45,839 nucleotides of DNA from Gemmatimonadaceae bacterium (lineage in GTDB: Bacteria; Gemmatimonadota; Gemmatimonadetes; Gemmatimonadales; Gemmatimonadaceae), in contig JBGTFN010000139.1 in assembly GCA_041747275.1 (NCBI GenBank), positions 1 through 45,839 on the forward strand, in the 5' to 3' direction. Under the pieces are notes generated by a model that searched no databases, was not told the DNA's origin, and was given only the letters and a program-made list of their open reading frames with translations. The position numbers and the translations under genes are program-made. Shown here one piece after another: positions 8,330-17,651 of this stretch. How positions within the stretch are numbered: position 1 is the first letter of the stretch; each line of letters opens with the position of its first letter.

Positions 8330-9181
8330 ATGCCTCTCCGATCTTCCCGCCGCGAAAGCACTCGCATAGTCTCTGACGCATCGGCGTCGGGCGAGGCAGA
8401 CGTGCCGTCCGAAGCAGCCTACCGTCGCAAGCCACGGCAGTCGCGCGGACAACGTCGGGTGGACCTGCTGCTCGACGCCGCCGCCGAAGTGATCGCCGAG
8501 CACGGTCTCGATGCGGCAACTGCCGAAGCGATCGCGCAGCGCGCCCACACGGCCAAAGGATCGCTGTACCAGTTCTTTCCCAATCGGGAGGCTGTGGTTG
8601 CTGCGCTGGCGCTGCGATTCGCTGACGAACTGCGCAGCATCCACGAGCGTGCGTTCGCGACCGATCCGCGCGGTCTCGACCTTGAACGCCTGATCGATCG
8701 CATCGTACGACCGCTCGCTGCGTTCCACGATCGCAATCCCGCCTTTCGTCGCGTGTTCATGACCGCCGACGCGCCGGTCGACTCCACGGGTGCCGCACCG
8801 AACCGCATCCGCGCGCAGCTCTTCGAATCCATTGTGGACCGGCTCGACCTGCTGTTCGCCGCTCGCAATCCCCGATTGCCATCTCGCGAGCGTCGGCGAG
8901 CCGCTGTGGTGTGCGCAACGATCGGCCAGGCACTGCTGGCGAGGCGGGATCGTGCACAGGCAGCCGAGAAGAAGCCCTTGCTCGACGACCTGCGACGTGT
9001 GCTGCATGCGTATCTCACGCCGCTGCTCGATGCACCTGTCGCGCCCGCCGCAACGCCGGAGAAACGCTCCATGCCGCGTGCTCGGGCGGCTGCCAGTCAA
9101 AGTGCAAGTGGAAGTGTGAGTGAAGGTGCGAGTGGAAGTGCGAGTGGAAGTGCGAGCTCGCGCACGAAGGCAAAGCCCTGA
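8330..9181 (+). CDS. TetR/AcrR family transcriptional regulator with a Ser/Gly/Ala repeat tail
   Basis: HTH region RVDLLLDAAAEVIAEHGLDAATAEAIAQRAHTAKGSLYQFFPNREAV. The tail SASGSVSEGASGSASGSASS is encoded by five 12-bp units at 9101-9160. Confidence 0.85.
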   Translation: MPLRSSRRESTRIVSDASASGEADVPSEAAYRRKPRQSRGQRRVDLLLDAAAEVIAEHGLDAATAEAIAQRAHTAKGSLYQFFPNREAVVAALALRFADELRSIHERAFATDPRGLDLERLIDRIVRPLAAFHDRNPAFRRVFMTADAPVDSTGAAPNRIRAQLFESIVDRLDLLFAARNPRLPSRERRRAAVVCATIGQALLARRDRAQAAEKKPLLDDLRRVLHAYLTPLLDAPVAPAATPEKRSMPRARAAASQSASGSVSEGASGSASGSASSRTKAKP

Positions 9182-9278
9182 GCGTGATCGCGGCCTACCA
9201 CCAGCCCGCTCACTTAGCGATCTTTCGCTGTTCCGCGCCTATCGATGCGCGCAAGCTCCGACTCGCGCCCCCAGTGCC

Positions 9279-10199
9279 ATGTCCCGCTCCGTGTCCGTCG
9301 GTCTCGTTCAGGAGACCGCCAGCGATGATCGCGTTGCCAATCTCGAACGCACGATCACCAAGATTCGCGAGGCCGCTTCCCGCGGCGCGCAGATCATCGC
9401 GCTGCAGGAGCTCTTCAATGCGCCGTATTTCTGCAAGTCCCTCAAGCTCGACCGCTTCGACCTCGCGGAGCCCGTCTCCGGTGAGACGATCACCACACTG
9501 CAGGCGCTCGCATCCGAGCTTGCCGTGGTGCTCGTGGTGCCCATCTACGAGCGGCAGGCGGCGGGTCTCTACCGGAACTCGGCCTGCGTAATCGATGCCG
9601 ACGGCGCACTGCTCGGCACGTATCGAAAAATGCACATTCCGCACGACCCGCTGTTCGAAGAGAAGTACTACTTCGCACCAGGCGACGTGACGGCCGACGA
9701 GCGCACGCATACGCACCCGGGCATCAACGGTTTTCGCATGTGGCGAACGAAATACGCCGACATCGGTGTGCTCATCTGCTGGGACCAGTGGTATCCCGAG
9801 GCCGCGCGCATTTCCGCATTGCTCGGCGCCGAAATCCTGTTTTATCCAACGGCGATCGGCTGGCATCCGGCCGAGAAATCGGAGTTCGGCACCGCGCAGG
9901 TCGAGGCGTGGCGCACCATGCAGCGTTCGCACGCGATTGCCAACGGTGTGTTTGTCGCGTCACCCAACCGCGTTGGACTGGAGCCCGAAGCCGGCACTGA
10001 TGGCATCGAGTTCTTCGGCCAGTCCTTCATCGCGGATCCGTTCGGGCGCTATCTGGCACAAGCCGGCACGGGGCCGGAAGTGCTGGTCGCGAAGTGCGAT
10101 CTTGGCCTGATCGAGGAGACGCGTCGCAACTGGCCGTTCCTTCGCGATCGTCGTATCGACGCCTATGCACCCATCCTGCAGCGGTGGCTTGGCGCGTGA
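9279..10199 (+). CDS. aguB: N-carbamoylputrescine amidase (CN-hydrolase/nitrilase superfamily)
   Basis: SVSVGLVQ..., ALQELFNAPYFC, YRKMHIP, and ICWDQWYPE with the catalytic Cys. It sits next to aguA. The track start at 9120 lies in the repeat-encoded tail of the TetR gene, and ATG 9279 fits the family length. Confidence 0.85.
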   Translation: MSRSVSVGLVQETASDDRVANLERTITKIREAASRGAQIIALQELFNAPYFCKSLKLDRFDLAEPVSGETITTLQALASELAVVLVVPIYERQAAGLYRNSACVIDADGALLGTYRKMHIPHDPLFEEKYYFAPGDVTADERTHTHPGINGFRMWRTKYADIGVLICWDQWYPEAARISALLGAEILFYPTAIGWHPAEKSEFGTAQVEAWRTMQRSHAIANGVFVASPNRVGLEPEAGTDGIEFFGQSFIADPFGRYLAQAGTGPEVLVAKCDLGLIEETRRNWPFLRDRRIDAYAPILQRWLGA

Positions 10200-11311
10200 G
10201 TGGTGAAAGCGTGCACCACGTGAGCGGCGAGAGCGTGCATATCCATGGCTCATCACCACGCGGCCCGTTTCGCATGCCGGCCGAGTGGGAGCCGCACGAT
10301 GCGACGTGGATCGCGTGGCCACATCACGAACCGGACTGGCCTGGGAAGTTCGAGCCGATTCCATGGGTCTACGCCGAGATCGTACGCGCACTCGCAACAT
10401 CGGAGCGCGTGGATATCGTCTGTCACGACGACGCTGTGCGCGAAGACGCTGGTGCATGTCTGAGCATGCATGGCGTATCGCCAGATGCGTACCGATTGCA
10501 TCAGGCACCAACCGATCGCGTCTGGCTGCGTGACAGCGGACCGACCGGCGTGCACGATTCCATCGGACTCGTGTCGCTCATGCGATGGGACTTCAACGCC
10601 TGGGCCAAGTACGAGAACTACGAGAACGACCGTCGTATTCCGGAACTCGTGCATGTCGTGAGTGGATTGCCGATCGTCGACGCGGTGCGTCCGGACACAG
10701 GTGCGCCGCTCGTGCTCGAAGGTGGCGGCATCGAGACGGATGGACTCGGCACGATGCTCGTGACCGAGGAGTGGTTGCTCTCCGACGTGCAGGTTCGCAA
10801 TCCGGGGCTTGGCCGCGCGGAATACGAAAAGGTGTTCGCCGACACGCTGGGCATCTCACACACCATCTGGCTCGGCGAAGGGTGCGTGGGCGACGACACG
10901 CATGGCCACGTCGACGATATCGCGCGGTTCGTGGCGCCGGGCGTGGTCGTGCTTGCGCATGAGGAAGATTCGTCGGACGACAATCATCGCAGGTCGCTGG
11001 ACAATCTCCAACGGCTTGCGACGGCTCGTGATGCGAGAGGCGAATCGATCCACGTGGTGACGCTGCCGTATCCGCGTCCCGTACTCATGGACGGACAGCG
11101 ATTGCCGGCGAGTTACGCAAACTTTTACATCGGCAATCGTGTGGTGCTCGTGCCCACCTTCAACGATGCAAAAGACCGCATTGCGCTCAACACGCTCGCC
11201 GAACTTTTCCCCACGCGTCAGGTGATCGGCATTCACGCCGTGGACCTCGTCTGGGGACTCGGCACGCTACACTGCCTCACGCAACAGCAGCCGTCCGCAC
11301 GCACGCCGTGA
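10196..11311 (+). CDS. aguA: Agmatine deiminase
   Basis: RMPAEWEPHDATWIAWPH and the C-terminal GLGTLHCLTQQQP with the catalytic Cys. GTG 10196 overlaps the aguB stop as GTGA. ATG 10274 is the alternative start. The track start at 10094 lies inside aguB. Confidence 0.9.
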   Translation: MSGESVHHVSGESVHIHGSSPRGPFRMPAEWEPHDATWIAWPHHEPDWPGKFEPIPWVYAEIVRALATSERVDIVCHDDAVREDAGACLSMHGVSPDAYRLHQAPTDRVWLRDSGPTGVHDSIGLVSLMRWDFNAWAKYENYENDRRIPELVHVVSGLPIVDAVRPDTGAPLVLEGGGIETDGLGTMLVTEEWLLSDVQVRNPGLGRAEYEKVFADTLGISHTIWLGEGCVGDDTHGHVDDIARFVAPGVVVLAHEEDSSDDNHRRSLDNLQRLATARDARGESIHVVTLPYPRPVLMDGQRLPASYANFYIGNRVVLVPTFNDAKDRIALNTLAELFPTRQVIGIHAVDLVWGLGTLHCLTQQQPSARTP

Positions 11312-11892
11312 CCAACATGCCAGACGACCAGCAGGAACAGAATCCGACGCCCGCCGTCGCGGCCGAACCACCCCTCAGCGAGTTCGAGACACGACTGGCC
11401 GTTTTCATCGGGCCGCGTTGGGAGTCCACGTATCGCCGAAAGCTGCGTCCGTTTCTTGAGGACCCCGCATTCACGCCCACCTGGAACTGGGCCGCCGCCC
11501 TCGCCATGCCTTTCTGGTTTCTCTACCGGAAGATGTACCTGTGGTTTGCGGCCTTCGTCTTCGTGCCCGGCGTGTTGTTGCAGTGGTTGGTGCCAACCGA
11601 TGTGCAGCTCACGCCGGAGAACATTCTCGAGCCGCAGAATCGACAGTTGTTGCTCATGCGACTCGCCATTCAGTTTTCGGCAAGCCTCGCAGCCGGAGGC
11701 GCGGCGAACTGGATGCTTTTTCGCCGCGCCCGCACCGCCATCCGCGTGGTCGGGATGCAGCCCATGTCCTCGAACGAAGCACAGGAGCTGCTCCGCCGCG
11801 TGGGAGGCACGAGCCGTGGGCTCACCTTCACCATGCTGGCGCTCTTCGTGGTTCTGGGGCTCGCAGGGTCCATGGCACTCGCCACGCCTTGA
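11308..11892 (+). CDS. DUF2628-like membrane protein
   Basis: WNWAAALAMPFWFLYRKMYLWFAAF is the DUF2628 signature region. There are several TM helices. GTG 11308 overlaps the aguA stop as GTGA. Confidence 0.6.
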   Translation: MTNMPDDQQEQNPTPAVAAEPPLSEFETRLAVFIGPRWESTYRRKLRPFLEDPAFTPTWNWAAALAMPFWFLYRKMYLWFAAFVFVPGVLLQWLVPTDVQLTPENILEPQNRQLLLMRLAIQFSASLAAGGAANWMLFRRARTAIRVVGMQPMSSNEAQELLRRVGGTSRGLTFTMLALFVVLGLAGSMALATP

Positions 11893-11898
11893 TGCGCA

Positions 11899-11924
11899 GA
11901 CGGTCGCCCAAAGGAGCGACCGTC
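11899..11924. terminator. Short hairpin between convergent genes
   Basis: gacggtcgc (11899-11907) and gcgaccgtc (11916-11924) flank an 8-nt loop. There is no U-tract. Confidence 0.35.
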
Positions 11925-11967
11925 GTGAACCACGCGAGAAGCGAGCGCAGGGTCTGCGAATTCGCTG

Positions 11968-13791
11968 CTATCGCCCGCCGCTGACCGTCACGAGCTGCGA
12001 GGTGCTATCCACCGAGGTCGCGCCTTCCAGCGTAACCGTGAGGCGATATTCTCCGGGCGGCACTTCCGGCCAGGTAAACTGCACTGCGCGGCCCGGCAGG
12101 CCATCTGGTCGCCCGGCATCACTGAAAACGATGGAAACCGGCGTCATCGCTTCCGACAGCTTGAGCGCGTTCCCTATTCGCTGCAGAAAACTCGCACTGG
12201 TTCGCGTTGCGCGCACCGTCACCTGCAGCGGAGCCTCAGGCGACACGGGCACGTACGTTTCCCAGTACAGGCCAAACGAACGCCCCGGCAGGATGTCGTT
12301 GCTTCCCCATGCCCGCCCCGCGACGCTCTCGAGCGTTGGTGTGGGACCCGCATCACCGCCGGCCAGCAACAGCATGTCACTGACGCGCACCCCGTTCTCC
12401 AAGGGCTGCACCGCCGTGCGAACGCGCGCCGCGCGATTGGAACGCTGACCAATCACTTCAAGCGACAGCAGGCCCGGCTGCGTGCCGAGTATCGCAAACA
12501 CCGCACCGTTCGCCGACGCGCTGTCGATCACTTCACGAGATGTCACCTTTGCGGAATCGTCCGCGATAAAGAGTCCCGCACGATACGGACCCGGTCCCAT
12601 GCGCAGCTCACGCATCAGGCGCCATGCTCCGGCAACGACGGTATTGGTGCCACGCTTGAACCGCGCGATCTGGTGCGGCAGCTCTCCAAATCCCGTTGCA
12701 TAGCGCGTCGCGTAGCGCATGCGCGCATCCTTGCGATCGGCGTCGAAATCCTTGACTCTGGTCGACAGCGGATTCGCGATCGCCGAAGCTGACGGCATGA
12801 AGTCGTAGCTTGGCGTGGGCTCATGCCCGATGATGCTCGGTGCGCGTGGATCGAGTGCGCCAGCCGTCTGCATGGACCATGCAGTGGGCCAACCGTAGCG
12901 CACTTGAATCGCCGGTATCGATCCGTCGAACGCCATGTCGTACGGAATACGACCCTGCCCGTGCACCATCGAAATGATGTGGCGCGAAAGGAGCTCGTTG
13001 CGCGCATCGTTGGCGGGCAGCATCCAGAGCGGCTGCGCCAGGCGAAGAATCAGATCATTCTGTGCGCTGCGCGCCGCACAGCTCTTCGCGCCGTACACAT
13101 TGTGCATGGACTCGGGCAGCCACGGCCGCAAATCGGTCATCGTGCACCGCATGGAATCCGGCATGGCCGCCAGAGCGCGGTCGAACGCCGTGGCGGATTC
13201 CTCGTGCTGGTTGGCCACGTGCAACGCGAGACCGCGCAGACCCGCGCACCACCAGGCCGTGCCACCGCACTCGCGTGCTGCGTCGATGGCAAGTGGGATC
13301 TTCTGTTGCTCGATTGCATATCGCACGCGCATGCCCGCGACCCAGTCGTCCGTGGGATCGACACGAGCCGCCTGCGCGAGCAGATCGAGCAGTCGGTCGC
13401 GTTCGATGATCAGGTCGGTGCGTTCGGCGGGTGGGGGAACGTCGCCATTGTTGTTCCAATAGCAGAGCATGCCAATCTGCACTTCACACGAGGCATTCGC
13501 GCCGCCGTTGTAAAAGCGCAGACCGGCCCGTCGATTCCGCTCGAACGCATCCTGTGCCGCGCGAGCCTGCGAGCCCTCCGCGGACACCGTTGCGGTCGCG
13601 CCGAGGGCCACGCGTGTGCCCACAACAACTGAATCGGCGCGGGGCGGCGGCGGTGAGGTGTCGCCGGATGCGCCCTGCGCCGCTGCGGCGGACGGAAGCG
13701 TCACCACAGTGCACAAAAGTGCGGTCAGAGCAGACCAATGAGGAAAACGCACAGGCAGCATCCCGATGAGGGTCACGGACACAACGGCCAC
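11968..13791 (-). CDS. Hypothetical secreted protein (607 aa)
   Basis: Long ORF with a hydrophobic N-terminus ending ...LPSAAAAQG and natural-looking composition. I recognise no domain. The plus-strand ORFs over it are Arg/Ala-rich antisense artefacts. Confidence 0.6.
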   Translation of the reverse strand: MAVVSVTLIGMLPVRFPHWSALTALLCTVVTLPSAAAAQGASGDTSPPPPRADSVVVGTRVALGATATVSAEGSQARAAQDAFERNRRAGLRFYNGGANASCEVQIGMLCYWNNNGDVPPPAERTDLIIERDRLLDLLAQAARVDPTDDWVAGMRVRYAIEQQKIPLAIDAARECGGTAWWCAGLRGLALHVANQHEESATAFDRALAAMPDSMRCTMTDLRPWLPESMHNVYGAKSCAARSAQNDLILRLAQPLWMLPANDARNELLSRHIISMVHGQGRIPYDMAFDGSIPAIQVRYGWPTAWSMQTAGALDPRAPSIIGHEPTPSYDFMPSASAIANPLSTRVKDFDADRKDARMRYATRYATGFGELPHQIARFKRGTNTVVAGAWRLMRELRMGPGPYRAGLFIADDSAKVTSREVIDSASANGAVFAILGTQPGLLSLEVIGQRSNRAARVRTAVQPLENGVRVSDMLLLAGGDAGPTPTLESVAGRAWGSNDILPGRSFGLYWETYVPVSPEAPLQVTVRATRTSASFLQRIGNALKLSEAMTPVSIVFSDAGRPDGLPGRAVQFTWPEVPPGEYRLTVTLEGATSVDSTSQLVTVSGGR

Positions 13792-13807
13792 CGGGGGCGA
13801 CCGGACA

Positions 13808-14563
13808 CTAGAAAATAAGCTTCACGCCCGCGCTGAGTGCCCAGTTGTGCGACAGGTTTCCTCGAGAGGCTACGCCCACCGCTTCCTGAGAGTCGAAGCG
13901 TCCGATGTAATCCTTGGCCTGGACGCGCAGCGCGAAGTTCCGGGCGAAGCCGACATCCACCCCTACCCCGGCGGAGTACATGAGGTTCGTACTGTTCACG
14001 GAGAACAGGCTGTTCCGCATGTTGTTGGTCATGCCGCCCACGCCACCCTGCACGAATGGTGCGATGCCCGACCGCGACTTGGACAGCCCGCCGAGTTCGA
14101 GACCGGCGTCGTACACCCACAGGCTGTTCGTGCCGATGTTCACGCCGCCGATGATCGGCACGCCGACGCGCACATCGCCCGACGCATAACCGACATTGCC
14201 GACGAGCGAGAGGCCGGAAACGAGCGGAATCGCGAGCTGCGCTCCAACGATCGGCGCGTTCGTAGTGGACAGCGACGTACCGACGGGACCGTCGTACCAC
14301 TGTCCCGTGACGAGATAGCCGGCATACGGCGTGATGGAGCCGCCCTGACCGAGCGTACTCTGCGCCGAGAGCGAGGACGCTGCGAGCAGCAGCAGAGAAG
14401 TGGCCACCGCACCCGCCGCCACGCGACGCATGACGGACGCAGGGCGAGACGCCGCGAGAGCGACGGAGCGGTGGGCCATGCGATGCGACGCGCGCGTATG
14501 GGGCGAGCGGTCAGTGATCGCGAGAGTGGAACGGACGTCGGCTTCGAACGAAATACGGGTCAT
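13808..14563 (-). CDS. Outer-membrane beta-barrel protein (OmpA-like beta-barrel / OMP_b-brl type)
   Basis: Alternating beta-strand pattern and a C-terminal ...WALSAGVKLIF with terminal Phe. The signal peptide MRRVAAGAVATSLLLLAASSLSAQS starts at ATG 14431. The only good SD (CTGGAGGGCGAC-ATG) serves ATG 14563, so the start is ambiguous. Confidence 0.7.
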   Translation of the reverse strand: MTRISFEADVRSTLAITDRSPHTRASHRMAHRSVALAASRPASVMRRVAAGAVATSLLLLAASSLSAQSTLGQGGSITPYAGYLVTGQWYDGPVGTSLSTTNAPIVGAQLAIPLVSGLSLVGNVGYASGDVRVGVPIIGGVNIGTNSLWVYDAGLELGGLSKSRSGIAPFVQGGVGGMTNNMRNSLFSVNSTNLMYSAGVGVDVGFARNFALRVQAKDYIGRFDSQEAVGVASRGNLSHNWALSAGVKLIF

Positions 14564-14784
14564 GTCGCCCTCCAGGCGTAGCAGATGCCTGAAAAGGGTG
14601 GCATGTCTCGCGCCAACGCGCCGACGATCATGGCAACGATTGTAAACTCTTGTCCTCAAACCACTTGGCCAAAACCGGCAAAGAGGGGAACCTCGCGATT
14701 GTCATCTGGCAGGGACAGTCGCGAGCGCGGTTCCGGTGGCACTCTTCCCTCAGACAAAACCGCGCGCTGGTTGACGGTCGTCGA

Positions 14785-15540
14785 CTATGCCGGCGGCGGA
14801 GACGAGTTCTGCTGCCGCAGCTCAACCGGCACAATCGCCTTGCGCATCTTGAGATTGAGCATCTCCACCAGCACGGAAAACGCCATCGCGAAGTAGGTGT
14901 AGCCCTTCGGAATGTGCTGCCCCATGCCTTCCGCTACGAGGTTCGTGCCGATCAACACCAGGAATGACAGCGCCAGCACCTTCACCGTGGGATGCTCCTC
15001 CACAAAGTCGCTCACCGGCGTCACCGCAACGAGCATGAGACCGAGCGCAATTACGTTGGCGGCCACCATGATCTCGATCTGATCCACCATTCCGACTGCC
15101 GTGATGACGCTGTCGAGCGAAAACACGATGTCAATCACCATGATCTGCGCAATGACGGCATTCATGGACACGGCCGCCTTGATCACCTCGTCGGTGGTGG
15201 CCGTCTGCGGCTCGAGCTTGTGATGCAGCTCGAGTACGGCCTTGCCGATCAGAAAGAGGCCACCGAACAGCAGAATCAGGTCCCGCCCCGCCCAGCCGCG
15301 ACCGAACAGTTCGAACACCGGCTCAGTGAGTCGCGCAATCCACGCTATCGAGAAGAGCAGCGCGAGTCGCGAAACAAAGGCGCCCATCAATCCGAGTTTT
15401 CGCGCGCGCGGCTGCTGCGCCAACGGAAGACGAGACGCCAGAATGGAAATGAAAATAATGTTGTCGATGCCGAGCACGATCTCGAGCAACGTCAGCGTGA
15501 GCAATCCGATCCACGCGTTCGGATCCGACAGCCATTCCAT
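14785..15540 (-). CDS. TerC family integral membrane protein
   Basis: MEWLSDPNAWIGLLTLTLLEIVLGIDNIIFISILASRLP is the TerC/YjbE-type signature. The protein is multi-pass. Confidence 0.85.
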   Translation of the reverse strand: MEWLSDPNAWIGLLTLTLLEIVLGIDNIIFISILASRLPLAQQPRARKLGLMGAFVSRLALLFSIAWIARLTEPVFELFGRGWAGRDLILLFGGLFLIGKAVLELHHKLEPQTATTDEVIKAAVSMNAVIAQIMVIDIVFSLDSVITAVGMVDQIEIMVAANVIALGLMLVAVTPVSDFVEEHPTVKVLALSFLVLIGTNLVAEGMGQHIPKGYTYFAMAFSVLVEMLNLKMRKAIVPVELRQQNSSPPPA

Positions 15541-15558
15541 GGGAAGACTCCAAAGAGG

Positions 15559-15590
15559 TTGTGCGCGACGCGGTCACATCGCGCGCACAA
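15559..15590 (-). terminator. Hairpin between the M28 peptidase stop and the terC start
   Basis: ttgtgcgcg (15559-15567) and cgcgcacaa (15582-15590) form a 9-bp stem. On the minus strand it is followed by cctctttggag, which contains the terC SD. Confidence 0.35.
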
Positions 15591-15593
15591 TGA

Positions 15594-16859
15594 TTACTGA
15601 CGGCAGCGCGCGCTCGGGTCCTGCTTTGGCTGGTCGACCACGGGACGCTGCGGCTGGTTGGCCACGAACGTCGCAAGATCGTGCAGGTACTGCGTCACGC
15701 GCGTGTACTTCGGGTATTCGATGTACTGCGGCTCGTCGGTGACCTGATGGTAGTCTTCGTGAATGCTCGTGAAAAAGAACGCGATCGGCACACCGTACCG
15801 CGCGTAGTGATAGTGATCGCTTCGGCAGTAGAACTGTTGCGGGTGGCCATCGGCGTCGAACTCGTAGTCCAGCACGAACGGCCGATCCTGCTTTGCATTC
15901 ACGTCGCGCACCCACTTGTCATACTGCGACGACAGGCGTCGGGGACCGAGCACCGTCAAAAAATCCTGACCGCCCCCTTTCACGTCATTCGCACCGCCGC
16001 GCCCGATCATGTCGATGTTGATCTGCGCTACGATTTTGGCTCGATCCACCGTCGGATGGTCCATGAACCATTCCGAGCCGTTGAGTCCAAGCTCTTCCGC
16101 CGTGTGCCACACCAGCAGGATCGAACGCTTCGGCTTCACGCTGGCTGTCGCAAACGCCTCGGCGATTTCGAGAAGGGCCATGGAGCCCGAGCCGTCATCG
16201 TCGGCACCGTTGTTGATCGAATCCTGTCGGGCAGGGCGAAGGCGACGCAACGAGTCGACGTTCACTTTCACGCCCGCCCGCATCGACGGAGTGATCGGCG
16301 CATTCGGGTCGCGTCCCGAGGCCGCCCACGCCGCCTGGTTGAACGCACGCAGGGAATCGTGGTCGACTGCGCGACGCGCGATGCCGACGTGATCGCTGTG
16401 CGCTCCGATGGCCACATACTCGGCGCGCAACGATGGATCGCTGCCTTCGATGACGGCGATCACATTGCGTGACCACACCGTGTCCGAACGTCCTGTTATT
16501 GGAACGCGCTGGAAGTATCCGTTCTCTCCCCTGGGCGTGATGCCGAGTCGCGTGAGCTCACCCACGATGTAGGCGAGCGCCTTGTCGTGACCGGGTGTGC
16601 CGGCCGCGCGCCCTTGCATCGAGTCATCGGCGAATATGAACAGCCGCTTGCGCAGGTCGGCCTCGGTGATCGACGGGGAGTAGCCGGAGTTCGGCTGCGT
16701 CGAGGCCCGCGCATTGGTGGACTGTGCACACGCGTTGAGCGACGTCGCGGATAGCGCCGCGAGCAACAGGGCGCTCCGGCGTGCGCTCCTGGCAGGGGAC
16801 TGAAATACGTTGATCGAAGTTGTCACGTGACAGCAGTAAAAGGTGAAGAGACGCGGCAT
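15594..16859 (-). CDS. M28 family metallopeptidase (aminopeptidase), secreted or lipoprotein
   Basis: [28 protein letters not shown] and [18 protein letters not shown] are the M28 Zn-ligand motifs. The signal or lipoprotein-like N-terminus is ...[20 protein letters not shown]. The 656-aa track ORF runs antisense through queC. Plausible real starts are ATG 16859 or GTG 16827. Confidence 0.85.
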   Translation of the reverse strand: MPRLFTFYCCHVTTSINVFQSPARSARRSALLLAALSATSLNACAQSTNARASTQPNSGYSPSITEADLRKRLFIFADDSMQGRAAGTPGHDKALAYIVGELTRLGITPRGENGYFQRVPITGRSDTVWSRNVIAVIEGSDPSLRAEYVAIGAHSDHVGIARRAVDHDSLRAFNQAAWAASGRDPNAPITPSMRAGVKVNVDSLRRLRPARQDSINNGADDDGSGSMALLEIAEAFATASVKPKRSILLVWHTAEELGLNGSEWFMDHPTVDRAKIVAQINIDMIGRGGANDVKGGGQDFLTVLGPRRLSSQYDKWVRDVNAKQDRPFVLDYEFDADGHPQQFYCRSDHYHYARYGVPIAFFFTSIHEDYHQVTDEPQYIEYPKYTRVTQYLHDLATFVANQPQRPVVDQPKQDPSARCRQ

Positions 16860-16901
16860 GAACGATACCACGCGCCCCCTGGACAGAGGTACCTTACCCT
16901 C

Positions 16902-17651
16902 ATGGTTTCCGACTCTCCGGCGGCGAACTCCGCCGCTACTCAAAACACCACGTCGCCCCGCCCCGCCGTCGTATTGCTCAGCGGCGGTCTCGACTCGTCC
17001 ACCGTGCTGGCCGTGGCTCGGCGGGACGGGTTCGTGCCGCACGCTATGACCTTTCGCTATGGACAGCGCCACTCTCACGAAATCGACGCGGCAACGCGGG
17101 TGGCGGCGGCAAACAGCGTGGCGCAGCATATCGTCGTGGACATCGACCTGCGCCAGTGGGGCGGATCGGCGCTCACCAGTGATGTCGCCGTGCCCAAGGA
17201 CCGCGACATGTCGGCAGCGCACGACATCCCCGTGACCTACGTGCCGGCGCGCAATACGATCTTTCTCTCCTTTGCCCTTGCCTGGGCAGAAACGCTCGGG
17301 GCGACGGATATCTTCGTGGGCGTCAACGCGCTGGATTATTCGGGATACCCCGATTGCCGGCCGGAGTACCTGCGCGCATTCGAGCACATGGCCAACCTCG
17401 CCACTCGAGCCGGCGTGGAGGGCACGCAGCGGCTCACGATTCACGCCCCACTGCTTCAACTCACCAAGGCGGGCATCGTACAGCTTGGCCAGTCGCTGGG
17501 CGTGGACTATTCCATGACCACGAGTTGCTACGACCCGGCAGATGACGGCAGCGCATGCGGGCACTGTGATGCGTGCCTGCTGCGGCTCAAGGGGTTCAGC
17601 GAGGCGGGCGCGCGTGATCCGATCGCGTACGCAGGCGTAGAGTCCTCGTGA
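16902..17651 (+). CDS. queC: 7-cyano-7-deazaguanine synthase
   Basis: [12 protein letters not shown] (PP-loop) and the C-terminal Zn cluster CYDP...[17 protein letters not shown] 16902 (MVSDSP...) fits. The track start at 16827 would overlap the divergent peptidase. Confidence 0.9.
   Translation: MVSDSPAANSAATQNTTSPRPAVVLLSGGLDSSTVLAVARRDGFVPHAMTFRYGQRHSHEIDAATRVAAANSVAQHIVVDIDLRQWGGSALTSDVAVPKDRDMSAAHDIPVTYVPARNTIFLSFALAWAETLGATDIFVGVNALDYSGYPDCRPEYLRAFEHMANLATRAGVEGTQRLTIHAPLLQLTKAGIVQLGQSLGVDYSMTTSCYDPADDGSACGHCDACLLRLKGFSEAGARDPIAYAGVESS

Noticed and set aside
7604-9100. 498-aa minus-strand ORF. Similar long ORFs occur at 28413..29615(-), 29844..30956(-), 38317..39528(+), 38754..39734(+), 11456..12448(+), 12823..13632(+), 19236..20159(+) and 22162..23250(+).
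   Set aside because: All lie antisense to, or out of frame with, genes that carry clear family motifs (glycerate kinase, TetR, RND pump, CopA and others). Their translations are Arg/Ala/Gly/Pro-rich with no motifs. This is the usual stop-poor shadow ORF of high-GC DNA.
9120-9278. Upstream extension of aguB (MKVRVEVRVEVRARA...) and the 10094 start for aguA.
   Set aside because: The aguB extension is the alternative-frame reading of the 12-bp repeat in the TetR tail. The aguA extension lies inside aguB. Family homology begins at 9279 for aguB and at about 10196-10274 for aguA.
15541-15593. Possible yybP-ykoY (Mn) riboswitch in front of the TerC-family gene.
   Set aside because: Only 53 nt separate terC from the upstream gene's stop. 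That is too short for the four-helix riboswitch, and none of its conserved loops are visible. The region holds only a simple 9-bp hairpin.
16828-16901. Possible preQ1 riboswitch upstream of queC.
   Set aside because: cagaggtaccttaccctc loosely recalls the preQ1-I P1/CCCUC region. However, the A-rich tail (AAAAAACUA) is absent and the proposed helix does not pair well. It is not supportable without a cmsearch.
15594-17564. Full 656-aa ORF of the M28 peptidase as drawn in the track.
   Set aside because: Everything upstream of about 16859 is antisense to queC, lacks peptidase homology and precedes the signal peptide. The real gene is about 420 aa.
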